Of a DNA stretch of 64,000 bases, positions 1-13,215 are shown in pieces. Each line of letters begins with the position of its first letter. Positions within the stretch are counted from its first letter, which is position 1. Position numbers and translations under genes: made by a program. This DNA is from Lama guanicoe (Eukaryota), in the NCBI GenBank assembly GCA_013239625.1, contig MU057344.1, positions 1,490,276 through 1,554,275 of the forward strand. The letters are read 5' to 3'. The notes below the pieces were generated by a model. That model was given only the letters and a program-made list of their open reading frames with translations, ran no database searches and was not told where the DNA came from.

Positions 1-460
1 GGGGAGGGACGGGGAGGGGGGAGAGAGGGGCGGGGCGAGGTGGGGAGCGGTCAGCACAGGGCGCCAGTGCCGCCAGAGCACATGCCGCGGGGGCGGGGCG
101 GGACGCGCACCCCCCCTCGGGGGACGGCTCGGTCTGGCTTTCAGGTAGCGGCCTTTTGTCTGCTGCCCCGAGCTCGCCTGTCAGCCCCGCCGTCAGAGGC
201 CTAATCTTTTTTTCTTCGCGGGCTGAAAAGGCCCAGCATCGCATCAGGCAACATGCCGCTGCCTATTCTGCTTCCCCGCGGAACCCAATCACCGGACAGC
301 GCGGCCGCAATTCACTCCCCAGCCCGCCCTCTGCGGAGGTGGGCCGCCGCGGCGCTGCTCGCCCAGCAAGAGAAATCGTGTTCTCGAAATTAACTTCCAT
401 TGAAAGGGAGGGAGGAAGAAAGGCTGATGGCCGGCGCGGGCGGGGGCGGCCGGGGCCTTG
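1..460. promoter_or_regulatory. Intragenic CpG island with GC boxes and a CCAAT box
   Basis: Dense CpG; GGGGCGGGG at ~27-35 and ~91-99; CCAATCA at 285-291; G-tract run at 1-45. Confidence 0.6.
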
Positions 461-2779
461 ATAAATGTCAGGGCCGATAATTTGGGGGCTGTGATTAAGA
501 TCTTATCTAGGTGGGAAGTAAACAGAAAAGACTTTCATACAACTCCAGCCCCGTCCGTGCTCACCAACTCGGGAAGTTCCAGGGTTTTTCCATTTTTTGT
601 CATTTCTCTTTTTTTTGGGCCCCTTTATTTTTTGGGTGGATCAGAGGGAAATCCCCAAAAGGCCTCGGTTAGCGGGAAAGGTGGACCCAGGGCATCCCTT
701 GAGAGGATTAGACAGACCTGGGGAAGCGGGCGTTCTCCTCCAGCGACAAAGGGCAGTGGGTCCAGGAGAAAAGCCGCCTTTGTCTCCAAACTCCCGCTCG
801 GAGGGAAATTCAGTGCCGAGCGGTGCCCGGCCTCCTGGCCTCCGCGTTCTGCTTTTCTTGAGTCAGGAACACGATTTTGCTGCAGTTAAAGTTTTCCTCA
901 AATAAAACGAAACCAGAGCCCCGCGTGTGGACGGGGCTGGGAGGCGCGCTCCTCGTAAACGCTCAGCACTCAGGAGCCGCACCGCCTGCTTTTATGGGCC
1001 CCGCCGCCTCGTGCTCTGCTGTTTATTTTTGCTACCGATGACTTCAGTGCCTGGCGGCCTGAACCCCACGCCTAGGGCCTGGGCCCACGACCATCCACAC
1101 TGCGGCCCCCCAAGGCCACATTCCCGGAGGCAGGGCGGGCCGTGCCGCCCCCTCCCCTGAGGCTGGGAAGCTGCCCCGGGGCGGGGGGGGAGTCACACTT
1201 TATTGACGATCTATCTGAGGTCCACAGTGCCCCTCATGGGAGTCGTACAGGGAGGCGAAGTGGCCCCTCCAGGCCGACCTGGTGGCCGATGGGGCCTCCC
1301 GGTGGGAAGGGCCCCCGGGGACTGTGAGGTCAGGCGTGTAAAGGGCTCAGTCCGGGGCCCGCTGCTCGCTCCAGGCTCAGTGCATAGTTAGGACCAGGCG
1401 GGCCTCCCGAAGCCGGGCAGCGTCAGCCCTGTCCCCCGGCCCCCAGCCTGCCTGGGAACTGACTCGGTGCCCCTCCCTTGGGTCCGTCAGGAGGGCTGGT
1501 ACCCCTTCCTACCGGAGGCCGGAAGTCCCTGAGAGGGCCTGGGAGCCTGGACTCTGCAGAGGGGCCAGAGCAACCCCCCAGGTCTGCTTCTGTGTCCTGC
1601 CCTGGGCTGGAGGAGGGAGGGCAGGGGGGAGGGTGGCGAGTGGAGGGCAGGGAGGAGGAATGGGAGGATGAGGGAGGCTCTGAGGGGGACTCCGTCCCTG
1701 GTCTGCTCGACTGCCCGCAGCCGGGGTCTGAGCTGCAGCAACTCGGCACAGGGTGGATGCTGGGTAAAACGTGCAGGCTGGAGCAGACGCGTGACAGACG
1801 AGGCAGGGAGGCTGGCGGGAGAGGGGCGGCTGGGGTTGGGGCAGCTTGACAGCTTCTCACCCTGTGGGCAGGTGATGGCTTGTCCTGGGCATCGTGGGCG
1901 TCCAGCAGCACCCCTGGCCCCTACATACGGGATGCCCCCCCGGTGTGGATGCCCCTCGGCGTCTCCCCGCCCTGCCAGCGCCCTGGTCCCGGCAGGGAGG
2001 GTGTCAGCCCTGCGCCCGCAGTGGTCTCCAAGCTCAGGAGCCCTGAGATCTAAGGAATTACATTTTGACTTGAGAATATTTCCTATTTCTCCTTCTTTTA
2101 TTTTAAACACTCAGGGATGCGTGGGGCAAACACTGGACTAGTTTCCTCCGTCTGCCAACATTTTGTTTGATTTTGTTTTTAAATCCCAAGTAATGTGTGG
2201 AGGAGTTTCGGCAGTAAATTTGCCAGGTTTTCAAATGTAGACTGGCTTTGAGATGCTCCTGTGAAATGTCACAGTGTCGGCGTAGTTTTCAGACGGTAGT
2301 GTTTACCCCAACAGTGTGCACCCTCACTCCCACACTCACGTACCCGTGCACACACACACAGTCACTCTCAGGGAAAGCTGACTGCCCCCTGCTGCTGGAC
2401 ACGTGGGCAGCGGCCGCCACCCCCACAAAGGCCCCATGGCAGTTGTCCCCACTCAGCGTCTGTCCTCTGAGCCACCCCAACCAGGCACCCCTCCTACCTC
2501 CCATCCGGCCACTGAGATGGTCCTGGGGGTCAAGAGGCAGAGCCCGAATGTCAGGGGTGGGAAAAGAGGAGGGGAGGCTCCCGCAGACACCAAGTAGGGG
2601 ACGGAGGATTCGGACCCCAGGTGGGAGGAGGAGCTTCTTTCTGCACGGCTGGCCTGGCTCCCAACTCTGGCACCACCCTCGCCCAGGCACCGGCCAGCCT
2701 CTGCTTGGTTGGTGACAGCATCCCTGTGCCTCCAATGCAGCCTTTGCAGTCTGAGGCTTTCGGTTCCCCGCTCCAGCTG

Positions 2780-2830
2780 GGCCCTTCCACGCTGTGTGAC
2801 CTGAGGCAGGAGCTGCACCTCTCTGTGCCA
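2780..2830 (+). mobile_element. MIR core fragment
   Basis: gctgtgtgacctgaggcaggagctgcacctctctgtgcc. Confidence 0.5.
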
Positions 2831-4379
2831 TTGCTGTGATGGGTCTGGGAGGACAGTGGGACTGGCCTTGCTGAGTAGTCGGGAAGACAGTTGCCGTGGG
2901 ATGATGTGGACCCTGCTGGGACCCTGGTGTGAAGGAAGTGCGGGGACTGTCCTAGAGGTGGCGGTGAGAACACGGGGCCATCAACGCCCGCCAGGAAGGG
3001 AGTGTGGGGGGAGGCTTGGAAAGTGGCAGATAAAGCAAATACCCCAGCTCCTAAACAAACCCAGCAGGACAGGGCCTATGACAAATGATGAGGCTGTGTC
3101 AGCTTGAGAGCAGACTGGACTAATGGCATGCCGGACCCTGCACTCCGAGGATCAATACGCCATCAGGCAGGCCGTGTGAGGAGCTCTCCCGAGGACAAAG
3201 GGGGCGATCGGCGACGGTCTGCACACGCGCCCACAGCGCCGCCTTCGCCACGAGCCCGTGGAGGCGGGGGCAGGGACCCCCCAGCAAGGCCGGCTGCCCA
3301 ACGGTCTGGCCCTGCCTGCCTTCCTGGCGGCGGGATAACGTCCTGAAGGGGCACCCGAGTGGCTGATGCCCATCCCAGGTGGGGGCTTCCGAAAAGCTCT
3401 ACCCGCCTTGTCTCTGGTCTCCCCAGGGACCCAGCAGCTGCGGCCTTTCCACCTGCGTCCAGCGCCAGGGAGCCGCTGTCCAGGCTGGCCTTCCCGGAGG
3501 GCTCTCCAGCAGCCCCTCCCTGCCCAGTAGCTCCCCAGGAGGCTGGGGTCAGCAGCAGGTGTTAACTCCAGACTGGTGGGTAGCCGGGACCCCTACACAC
3601 AGGACTCCTTCTCGGGAGCCAAGGAAGGAACGGTCCCAGACCCTGGGGTGCCCCGTCTCGTGGAAGGTCATCTGAGAGAGGCTTCCTTGCTGTGTCCATC
3701 CCCTGGTGTGTTCATTTCACCTGAGCCGAGTACCTGCTGTATACAAAACTGAAAGTCAAAGCCAGGGACAGACATGCAAGCGAGCACTGCAAGGGAGGAG
3801 GGTCTGGCGCGACCTAGGAAGGATGCTGGTCGGTCCGTTTCCTTGGTCTCTTCCTGTGGGAATTTTACCCCCAAGACCACAGCTCAGCCTGGATGCCCCT
3901 GGCCTAGCTCAGGCAGCAGGCCCTGCTTCAGGCTTGGTCACTCTGGGATGTGGACCCTGGCCTTTCCCTGGCCAGCCAGCCCCTGCCAGGCCTCTTTCTC
4001 CCTGCCTGGGACAGAGGCTGCCCCGTGGGGCCTCCAGCCCTGGCTCTGATTACAGACACCCTGTGGGCCCGTCTACCCAAGGTGCTCCCCAGCCAAGGCC
4101 AGGTAGGATGGCGTCTGCCGGCCTGGGGGCTGACCTGGGGCAGGACGAGGGCAGGTCAGAGCGGCTTCTCACTGGTCTGGTGGTCTGGCACCCCCAGGTC
4201 CCCAGGCTGGCTCTGCCCGTGGATCAGGCCCTGACAGATGACGCGGCCTAGGGCTTGGCGTTGACGGGCCGCTCCTCACGGCTGCAGGAGAGGTCCCCAC
4301 GGCTCCTACGGGCTCTTAGGCAACTAAGCACCTGGCTCTCCCCTCAGCATCTCCGAACAAGCCCGTGGATGTGCACGGA

Positions 4380-5420
4380 GGCGCAGCACCTTCGGTCAAG
4401 CTCGTGGATGTGCCCGCAGGTGTGCCCGCGGAAGTGCCCGGGGCGCAGCACCGCCGGACAAGCTCACGCATGCGCGTGGGGGCTCAGCAGAGTGCTGGGA
4501 GTGCGGCCGCCCCGCAGCCACGGCCCAGGCAGCGGGCCCGGTGGTCCCGACGCCACCCACGCCCGGGGTCCGCCGGCAGCCCTGTGTCTGCACCCGTCCT
4601 GAGCTCAGGGAAGCGAGTTTGCGGCGCCAACGGACCGAGGGGCCGAGCGGAGGCTCCCGCTCGGGCGGCGCTGTCCTCTGTCGGGTAGAGCCCTTCCTTC
4701 ACACTCTCAGGCCCTGCGCTGCCTTTTGTTTCAGCCCGGGCTTAGCCAGCTCACATCCTCTTGGAGTAATTCATTCCTGGTCTTTCCGCCCCCTCCCCAC
4801 CTCTGTGAGGGCAGCTGCAGGCGGGCCGGGTTTAAGGCCATTTCGAATACAAACATGGCCCCGGGGCCCCGTGGTCGTGGCCGCGGCCTGCTTTAGGTGG
4901 CGGAAATCGGATTAGGCCGTGCAGGGACGGGGCCGGTTGGAGCCAGGGGTTCGGAGTGCAGCCGCTGGGAGCCGACTGGTGAGGCCTCAGGAGCCAGCCC
5001 CCTCGGTCTTGCTCCGGCCCCCCAGGACGGTGGGGAGAGCTGCGGGTCTGGAGGAGGTGGGGGCCCAGGTGGGCGCGGCGGGCCCCATGTCGCCTCGCCG
5101 CCAGCTGCCACGCGGGCCTGTCCTACGGTCTCCCGTTTTCCAGCTTCTTCTCGGTGATTCGTTGATTCACCCCGACCAGAAAGGTCTGGGTCTTCCTCCC
5201 GCCTCTGCTCTCCCATCTCCAGCACCAGGAGCAAGACGAGGGGGTGGAGGGATCCAGGAGGATCCGGCGTGGTCCCCAGACCTAGGACGAGCGTGTTCGG
5301 CCCCAGGCGTGGCGTGCCTCGTGCCGGTGGTGGGAGCTGGGGCCACCAACCGGGCATCCTCGAGACGGCAGAGCTCTGGCTGCGCGTCCCCTCGGTGCCA
5401 TCATAAACCCCGCGCTCACT
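4380..5420. promoter_or_regulatory. CpG-island-like region
   Basis: High CpG density (gcggccgc, cgccggc, gcgcggcg and others) over about 1 kb. Confidence 0.5.
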
Positions 5421-5693
5421 GGTCTTCGGGGAGCTATAAGCAAACTCCTGCGCTTGCCTTTGAAATACGGGGAGCCGGGTTGCAGCCTGCTGGCTGCCGA
5501 CCCCTGCACGCTTGTGGGAAAGGCGACCTTCCTGCGTGACTTCCTGGCCTGTGTGTGGATGTCATTTGCAGAGGCTGAGGGCGGGCAGCAAACTGTCCTG
5601 GGGGCCCTCAGGACCAGCGTGAGCTCAGCTACTGGGGGGAGTGGGCTGCTGGGGGATGTGAGCACCAGGCCCACATGGCCAGGGCTCTGCCAG

Positions 5694-5785
5694 GGTGTGC
5701 ACACGCGGGTCTGTGCGTGTGCGTGTGCGTGTGTGAGTGCACACCTGTGGGCATAGGTGTGGGTGCATGTCTTCCCGTGTAGGTG
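5694..5785. repeat. (TG/CG)-rich alternating tract
   Basis: tgtgcgtgtgcgtgtgcgtgtgtgagtgcacac. Confidence 0.7.
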
Positions 5786-8700
5786 TGGCCTGTGGACCAG
5801 AGGGCCCCAGCAGTGCCCCTCTGGCCGAGTGGGACTGAGGACGCCCCACAAAAGCGTTGATGAGCCCCTGCCTGGCCTCCAAGCGCTCTCGAAGAAGGTG
5901 CGTGGCTCCGGGCCTGCGAGGCCTCAGCTCTCAGGGCTGCTTCATTGGGAGGCAGGTGGGGAGGGGCCGTGGCCATGGGCGGGGTCAGCCCGGGAGGATG
6001 GGGGCGGCGTGGCCCGGACACCCTCGGCCACCCTGGGCCTCCTGCCTCTGTGTGTGCTCTGCTCCCCGTGCCACTGTCCAGCTGAGGGCCTCTGTGGCCA
6101 GACTTCCACCTGGGCGCCCATCCGTCCGTGGGGCCTGGTGGGTGCCCCCGCTGGGCAGGGCCCTCCTGCTCCATTCCTGCGCAGCCAGCTGCCTCTCACC
6201 CACAGCGGGGCTTCCTTTCCAGGTGCGGGTGAAGGAGAGTGAGCCGGCCATGCCTCTCGGCTGGGTGTGGAGTGCCATGGTCAGCCTGGCGTGGCACGGT
6301 GGTGGCTCTTGGTCCAGGCAGGTGAGCCGACTGCAGGCTCGGTCCTCTGAGGTCCGGTTAATTACCTTTCTTGGGACCCCAGCTTGGAGTGTCATTTCTC
6401 TGAAAGGACACAGTGGGGGTGCTCTCAGTCCGGCCCCGGCCTCCCCGTGTGTCTGGCCCAGGCTGAGGGAAGGGGAGCCTCCAGGCCTCGGCTCCAGGCC
6501 TGTGACTATAGGGCAGGTTCCCCGGGCCCCCGTCTGCGTGTTCTCTACGCATCCTCCCGGGGGCTGGGCTGGGCAGCAAGTCGGGGACGGTGTTCCAGAA
6601 GCCCGGGGCAAGGTAACCGTGTGGTCAGGAGGCCGAGGCCCAGGCACGCGGGAGAGTGGAGGGGCATCGCGTTTTTGTGCCTGCACAGTGAGATTCGGAT
6701 GACTGATCCTCTTCCTTAATGTAAGCCGTGGAGTTAAGTGTTTGAAAATTATTCCAGAAGCTGAGAAGGCCTGCCCGCTGGTCACGCTGGATGGTCTCTT
6801 ACTTAGCAGCTGACGGGCCCGTCTGTAGGCCGCAGCTGCAGGAAGGGCTGTGCCCCAATCCCTGTAGCCCCCAGAGCTGTGGGAAGGAAGGACGATCTCT
6901 GCCCTGCCTGCTGGTCTCGGCTCCTGTCCCGTCGCTGGGGAGGAAAGCGGGGGGCCCACCTTCCTGGCCAGCAGCTCTGTCGGTCTGCCTTTGAATCTGA
7001 GCCCCACCAGACAGCGGATGCCGGCATCCCCCCCGCCCCAGGGACTATGGGACCCAGAGGTGGCCACTTGCATGGGTGGGGCCTCTGTGCCCAGGGGAGG
7101 GTTGGGGCCGTCTGTCGCCCACCCTTGGCCTGGGTCCACAGGTACTTCCCTGAGCCTCTGGGAAGATGGTGACAGGCAGGCCCCAGCCGCCGGGCTGTTG
7201 TCAGCTCACAGCTGAGATCCAAGCATTTAAGGGGATGGATTAAATCTGTAGGGTGTCTCCCCGCTGGCCCATATCGTGTTGTTCCACAAATACCGCGTGC
7301 CCCCCCGCCCCCGCTCACAGGCTGGCAGCCACCCCGCCCTGGCGCTGGAAGCTTCTGGGGATGTGTCTGGTGTGCTTGGGCTTCGCTCAGGGCGCCGCTC
7401 ACCCCATCCACCCTGACTGCCAGGGGACGAGAGAGCGTAAAGGATGCGGAGAGAGGTGTGGGGTTCCGCAGGCGCAGGGGCACCACGCGGCCCGGGGTGT
7501 GGCCGGAGGGCGGGGCAGAGGGAGCGGAAGGGCAGCTGGCTGCTTATCCACCAGCTGGAGGGACGTGTCACAGTCAACCAAGATCACTGCAGGGCACGCC
7601 GTCCTTCACTTCCAGAGACCCCTGAAGGGCCCTCACCACTCCTCTGCACCCCAGAAAGGCAGCCTCGCTGTCGGCTGCATGGCCGCCCAGACGGCCAGAG
7701 CGGAGCCCTGCTCTCCCTGTGCCCTGCAGACCCCCGGGAGGACAGGGTGAGCCGGGGCCTGGGACCTTCAGCGGGGAGAGCCTGGGGAGGTGTGGGGGCC
7801 GCCCGGGGGCTGGGGCCTCCAGGAGGGCCCCGGGCAGTGGGCCGAGCCTGGGTCAGGAGCAAAGGGAGGCAGAGGCTGCTGAGACCGTTAGGGCCGACTT
7901 CCCACTTCTGCAGAGGCTCGTTCTGTGTTTAGATTAGAAACAGGATATAATAAACTTGTTAACATGTCAGAGTCTTGTGTTGGGACAACACAAGTGGGTG
8001 TTTTCTCTCCTTTCTGTCTGTCGTGCAGGAAAATGCTGCAATTAGTGCCCAGGCTCTCGAGGCTGGGCTGGGGGAGGGGCGGGGGCTGCGGGCGGAGGGG
8101 AGCGAGGACCCGCACCCAGCCTCCCCGCGGCCGCAGGGCGGGCCTGGGCGCCGGGAGCCCACCCTCCAGCCGGGCCCAGAGCAGCAGTAGCCTGGGCACC
8201 AGCGTCTGCCTGTGAAAATGGCCCTGGGGGGCGGGGGAGGAGGACAACATTATTTGTTTCTAAAAAAGACTTTTATTTGCAAAGCCCTGTGTCCTGGAGG
8301 AAAGCAACAGGGAGTTATTTTCAGGAATGGGCTCAGAAGAAGATCAGCCCTTAATTAAAACAAAACACAGTGAGATCAAACCGTAGCCCAGCGGCCCCTG
8401 GCCGGAACAAAACCATTGCTGTCAGACCTGCGGGAGTCGTGCGTCCCAGCCTGCAGGCCGCGCTGCCCGGCCAAGTGCGGCTTCCAGACTTCGGCCAGGA
8501 CTGGGGAGTGTGGGACAAGGGACAGCAGTGAGTGACCAGGGCCTCGGATGTAGAGAAGCAGATGTGAGCCTGCATAGGATAGGGAGGACAGGGCTGCTTG
8601 GGGGACCAGGGGCCCGGCGGCAGCGTGGCCACGCAGACCCGGGGCATGCTGGCCTGGTCTCGACGGCCGCCTGCAGCCTGGCCCGGCTCAGCTGGCCCAG

Positions 8701-9781
8701 GCAGGGTCCTTTCAGCCGGGCTCCGTCCCCGAGGTGCTGGAGACCCCTGGAATGCAAGGGCTGGGCGGGCCGTGGAGGGAGGAGGGGCTGCAGCCACGTC
8801 AATAACCTTGGTGATGTAGTGAGTGAAACATCGTGAAAAATGAAAGCAAATCCCGCTCTAATCTCCCCGAACAAAGGCCTTTCAGTGGGACCAGAGCTGC
8901 GCGGGCGGTGGGTGCGTATCACCAGATCTTTTATATTAAACGTGCACCCGGCAGAGTATGGATTCTATTAGAGGAGCCTTGCTCACCGCGAGCCCCTTCC
9001 CTGCACATGCTGAGGAGGTCAGGGGCCGCGGCTGCGTCCCGGCCACAGTGCAGCCACCGCGGCCAGGAGTGCCCGCCTGCCCAGCTGCCCGCCGCCTCTC
9101 CCTCCGCCGTGCGAAGAGGCAAAGCGGGCCGTCTGACCATTTCCAGTCGATGCCTGTGCCTCGGCCCCGATAATCCCTGTGCAAACCACCCTGCTTGTCT
9201 AGTTGCACGACCTCACACCCACCCCACAAACAGCCCAGTGTGGCCGCTGGGGCGAGTGAACCCCTAAAGGCACTGGTCCCGGAGAATCCAGGGTCTGCAG
9301 GCTTCTTCGGGAGGGTCCGGTGTCCCATGGAGGAGCCGCTCTGCTCACACCTTCAGGTGATGACCAGCCTGGAGCCAGGTCTGCCTCTCGGAGGGGCCGG
9401 CCTGGCCCAGGACCCTTCGGCAGTCCCAGGCTTTGCAGAGCGGTTTTGGGTTTGGGCAGAATAAGCCGATCTCGTGGGCCTGCAGGGAAAAGGGATCATT
9501 ATATGAGTGAAAAAAGTGAACCCTCCTGCCTCCAAAAATACCACAGTCCTGTTCTTCCAGACCTAGACCCCCGCCACCAGAAACAGCCCAGGAGAGGAAA
9601 TCAAATTTAGGGGTTTCCCTTACTGGCCAGAATGTTTAATTTAATAAGGAGTGGAGAGATGCTGTTGTATTTTATTTTATTTCTACTTTGAACAGGTTGA
9701 ATCTTCCTGTAGGGCTCTGGGAAGGCGGCTGCCGGCAATGAGAACCAGCCCCAGCCTCGCAAATTCAAACCAGGCTGCCAG

Positions 9782-10071
9782 CACCCCAGACAGACGGACC
9801 AGGGTGGGGGGCTCTCTGGAAGGGGGGGGGCAGGGCAGGAGAGCCCCACCGGGAGTCTGAGGCCGGGGAGGGTGCAGGGTGGGCCGGGAGCTCCGGCAGG
9901 GGACAGCAAGACGGAGGGGTCAGCCCCACCCCAGACAGCGGACCAGGGTGGGGGGCTCTCTGGAAGGGGGGGGCGAGGGCAGGAGAGCCCCACCGGGAGT
10001 CTGAGGCCGGGGAGGGTGCAGGGTGGGCCGGGAGCTCCGGCAGGGGACAGCAAGACGGAGGGGTCAGCCCC
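9782..10071. repeat. Tandem duplication, 2 x ~145 bp, near identical
   Basis: Unit caccccagacag...gggtcagccc starts at 9782 and again at 9927; copies differ only by a 1-bp indel and a change at the end of the G run. Confidence 0.95.
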
Positions 10072-13000
10072 TGCGGGCCACTTGCCTTCTTTGGTGCTGA
10101 GGCCGAGAGATGGAGGAGGGTCCACTCAGGCTGTGCAAGTTGCCCAGACATGGCCGGGGGCTCCCCATCTTTGTTGCCGCCTCTGTGTGATTCCCAGCCC
10201 CGCATGGCTTCCCTGGAAGCTGCGGCCCTCAGCTTGGAGCCCTGCCCCAGGCACCGGGCGCCTCCCCTCACACATGGGACAGGGGCTGCGGGTTGGTATG
10301 GTGCCATGTCCTGGGAGCCTGTCTGCCTCCACGGGCAGAAGACCCTGGGAGAGCCAGCAAGATGGTCGTGGGAGACCGTGGTTGACGGAGGGGCTAAGAG
10401 CGCTGTGTCTTGAGGCATCTGTCAAATCTATAAACCCCCAAGCAAAGTGTGGGAGGCCGAGATCAAATGCTTTCCCCGGACATGGAGAGTGGCTGGAGCC
10501 CAGGAAGTCTTCCTGGAGGAGGAGCCACGCTGCGACACGAGCTCCCTTCCTCCACTTCAATGCCTTTCAGCTTGGAGAGCATCGGCTCCCAGGTGAGGGG
10601 GCCACGGACGTTCCCGGTGACATGGGTACGGCTAGGCCTGGGGACCACCCAGCCCAGGCCCTGCGTGCGACGTGCTCCCTGGGACGCTGGATCAGTTCAA
10701 CTGGGATCCGGGAGGTCAGGGTGTGTGGACGTGGATTGAGTCACTGCGCCTCTCCTCAGGTTGGGGGAGAACTCACGTCCTCATTGGGCTGAACCAGACG
10801 GCATCTGTGAAATGCCCGCTGGGTGTGGGCATGAAGGTCATGGCCACAGCCACGGCCAAGGAGCCCCCACCCTGCAGGTTCCCGTTCAGGACATTGTCTC
10901 TGTGCTGCCTCTGGTGCCCAGGCGGAAGAAGGGACCCCCAGCATTAGGTGTGCAGCCCCAGCCCGTGGAGCTGGCTGCAGGGGACCCAGGAGGAGGTCCA
11001 GCTTCTTCTGAGCCCCTGTGGCTGTTGGCCTGGCCTGGCTGGGCTGGCAGTGACCTTCGCCAGTGGCCGGCTTCACCAGTGACCTCTAAAGGGACTGCTG
11101 TCCAGCTACAGACAGTGGACCAGGCAGGACAGAGGCAGCAGCCACAACGGGCAGCAGCCAAGGCCGACCCGCTTCATCAGGTGGCCACCCGCTGTGCTCC
11201 AGGTCCTGCCAGGCCTCCGGGCAGGGAAGGAGGGGCGAGGGCTGTGGCGTCGTCTCGGACAGACTGGGTCCGCATCCTTCTGGGCCTCGTGGTACCACAG
11301 GGACCCTCTCAACCTCAGGGACGGCATTCACAAGACAGGGTGATGTCCTCCCTCACTGGCTGACGCGCTCAGCCCAAGGGCCCGGAAACACTGGCTCTGC
11401 GGCCCCTCGTGCTGGACACGCTCTGCGGGGGAGGAAGGAGCCGGGAAGGAGGCAGCCCCACACCCGGCGCAGGCCAGCATCCTGCCCTCCACCCTGCGCT
11501 CGGGTTCTGCCGGCTCCGCCTCCCCAGGCCCGGGCCTATGGGGCCTGGGACTTCTCTGCGGCTCTTTCTGGTCCCTGGAAAACTGCTCAGCAGACCCGAA
11601 CCAAGCACAGCTCTGCCGAGTCGCTCTTTGCCAGTGGCTCTGCCGTGCTGCCTCGCGCAGGCACCTTGGTGGCCAGAGGCGACGAGGGTGTGACGCGAGC
11701 CCCCCGGCACCGCACCTCCCCTGCCCGACGGCCTTGGGGCCTCGCGGCCCTCGGGCCCGGTCCGCGCCCTTGCTGCCCAGCTCAGGCCCGGGTTCTAGGC
11801 CCGAGAGGCCCCGAAGCTGAGCAGGGGGTGGGAGGAGAGGGTGGCTGTCCGCGGCGTCGCCTCGGGGGGGGGTCTGTTCTCCCGACCCGGTCTCCTGTGA
11901 CCCCCGCGGTCTGCACCGTGAGCACCAGGGCACGCAGGGGAAACTGAGGCCCCACAGGTGAGGCCGTTCGCTCCAGGCCACTCAGCTGCTGCCCAGGGGC
12001 TCCAATGGGGAGAGTGGCCGGCCCGGCAGGAGGCACCCCCTGAAAACACAGGCCCCAGACTGACTGTGGCTGGTGCTTGAGAAGGTTTTGGGGGAGTTTT
12101 GGGTTTTAGAGAGCAGTTGTGCAGGTCCCTGGACCACGGGTCTTTTAAGGGGAGCAAGAGGAAGGTCTTGGGGTGCCTCTCCCGGGCCATCTGTCCTGGT
12201 GCGTCCTGGCACTGGTGCCACGTTTGGCTGGCTTGAGGGTGCTGACCGCACGGCGCTCGGCCCCCGAGCAGCGTGGTGCCCAGGCGAGCGCAGCCCGGGG
12301 CGCGGGGTCCCAGCTCTGGGGGCTCATTAAGGGCCAGGCTCCTTTGTGGGCCCCAGCCCCAGGCCCGTTGCTGTCAGCGGGCTGTTACAGGCAGAATGAT
12401 GGGCATTAGAGCCCAAGAGCAATTAACAGGCTGCTTAATTAGCAGGAGGAATTGGAGTGTGAGTGGCTGATCTTCGCTTAAAGCCGCGGAGAGCGCGGGG
12501 CCGCTATCTGGTGATGCATTGATCGCGGGGCTCCCTCCTCAGCTCAGCCTCACCCCTCCTTGCAATCTGTGAATGTACAACTGTTTAAATATTCTCAACC
12601 TAACTGTCTCAATCAACAAGGGGAGAAAGGGGCCCATTGTGGCCTCCCTTCCCCGGCCCAGCTCCTCTGGCCGGCGGAGGCGGCAGCCGGTCCCCAGGCC
12701 CTCACCCGGCCAGCCGGGCGTTGCCTGGGAACAATGTCGCCCCGGCTGGGCCCAGGCTGCCGACGTGCGTCCTCCTCTGCAGAACCCTCTTGGCTCCTGG
12801 AGACTCAGTTCCTCCTTATGCTGCGGGGATGGGCCTGAGCTGACCCACTGTATGGATGGATATGGTGAGGCCCGAGGGTCCCATGACAGCTGCACAGTGA
12901 GTGACAGGCCCGCTCCATGTCCAGCCTCTCTCGCCCTCCTGGAAGGGCATTCAGAAACCCCAGGTGGGCTTGGGAGACCAGGGGCACTGGGTGATGCTCT

Positions 13001-13124
13001 TTGGGAGACAGAGGGTTGGAGGTTGGCACTGGATGAACGGCCCCAGCCCTGGACTTTGGTGTGAACCCCGTATTATAGGGAAGATGTTTCTGGAGGGAGG
13101 GGGAGGGGGCTGAAGATCCCAGCC

Positions 13125-13215
13125 CGGACTGGACAGAAGGGTGTTCCTGGTGATGGGGACGGCACGTGCAAAAGCACAGGGGCAGGGAGGTGCAAGGAAC
13201 ATTCCGGAAAGGCTC
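13125..13215 (-). mobile_element. L2 LINE fragment
   Basis: gaagggtgttcctggtgatggggacggcacgtgcaaaagcacagggg resembles reverse L2 (GAAGAGCATTCCAGGCAGAGGGAACAGCAAGTGCAAAGGCCCTGAGG). Confidence 0.55.

Noticed and set aside
5985-7139. Longest ORF (384 aa, minus strand) and many other 150-280 aa ORFs
   Set aside because: Pro/Gly/Arg/Ala-rich with no domain, overlapping in several frames and often with non-ATG starts; expected from stop-codon scarcity in GC-rich DNA.
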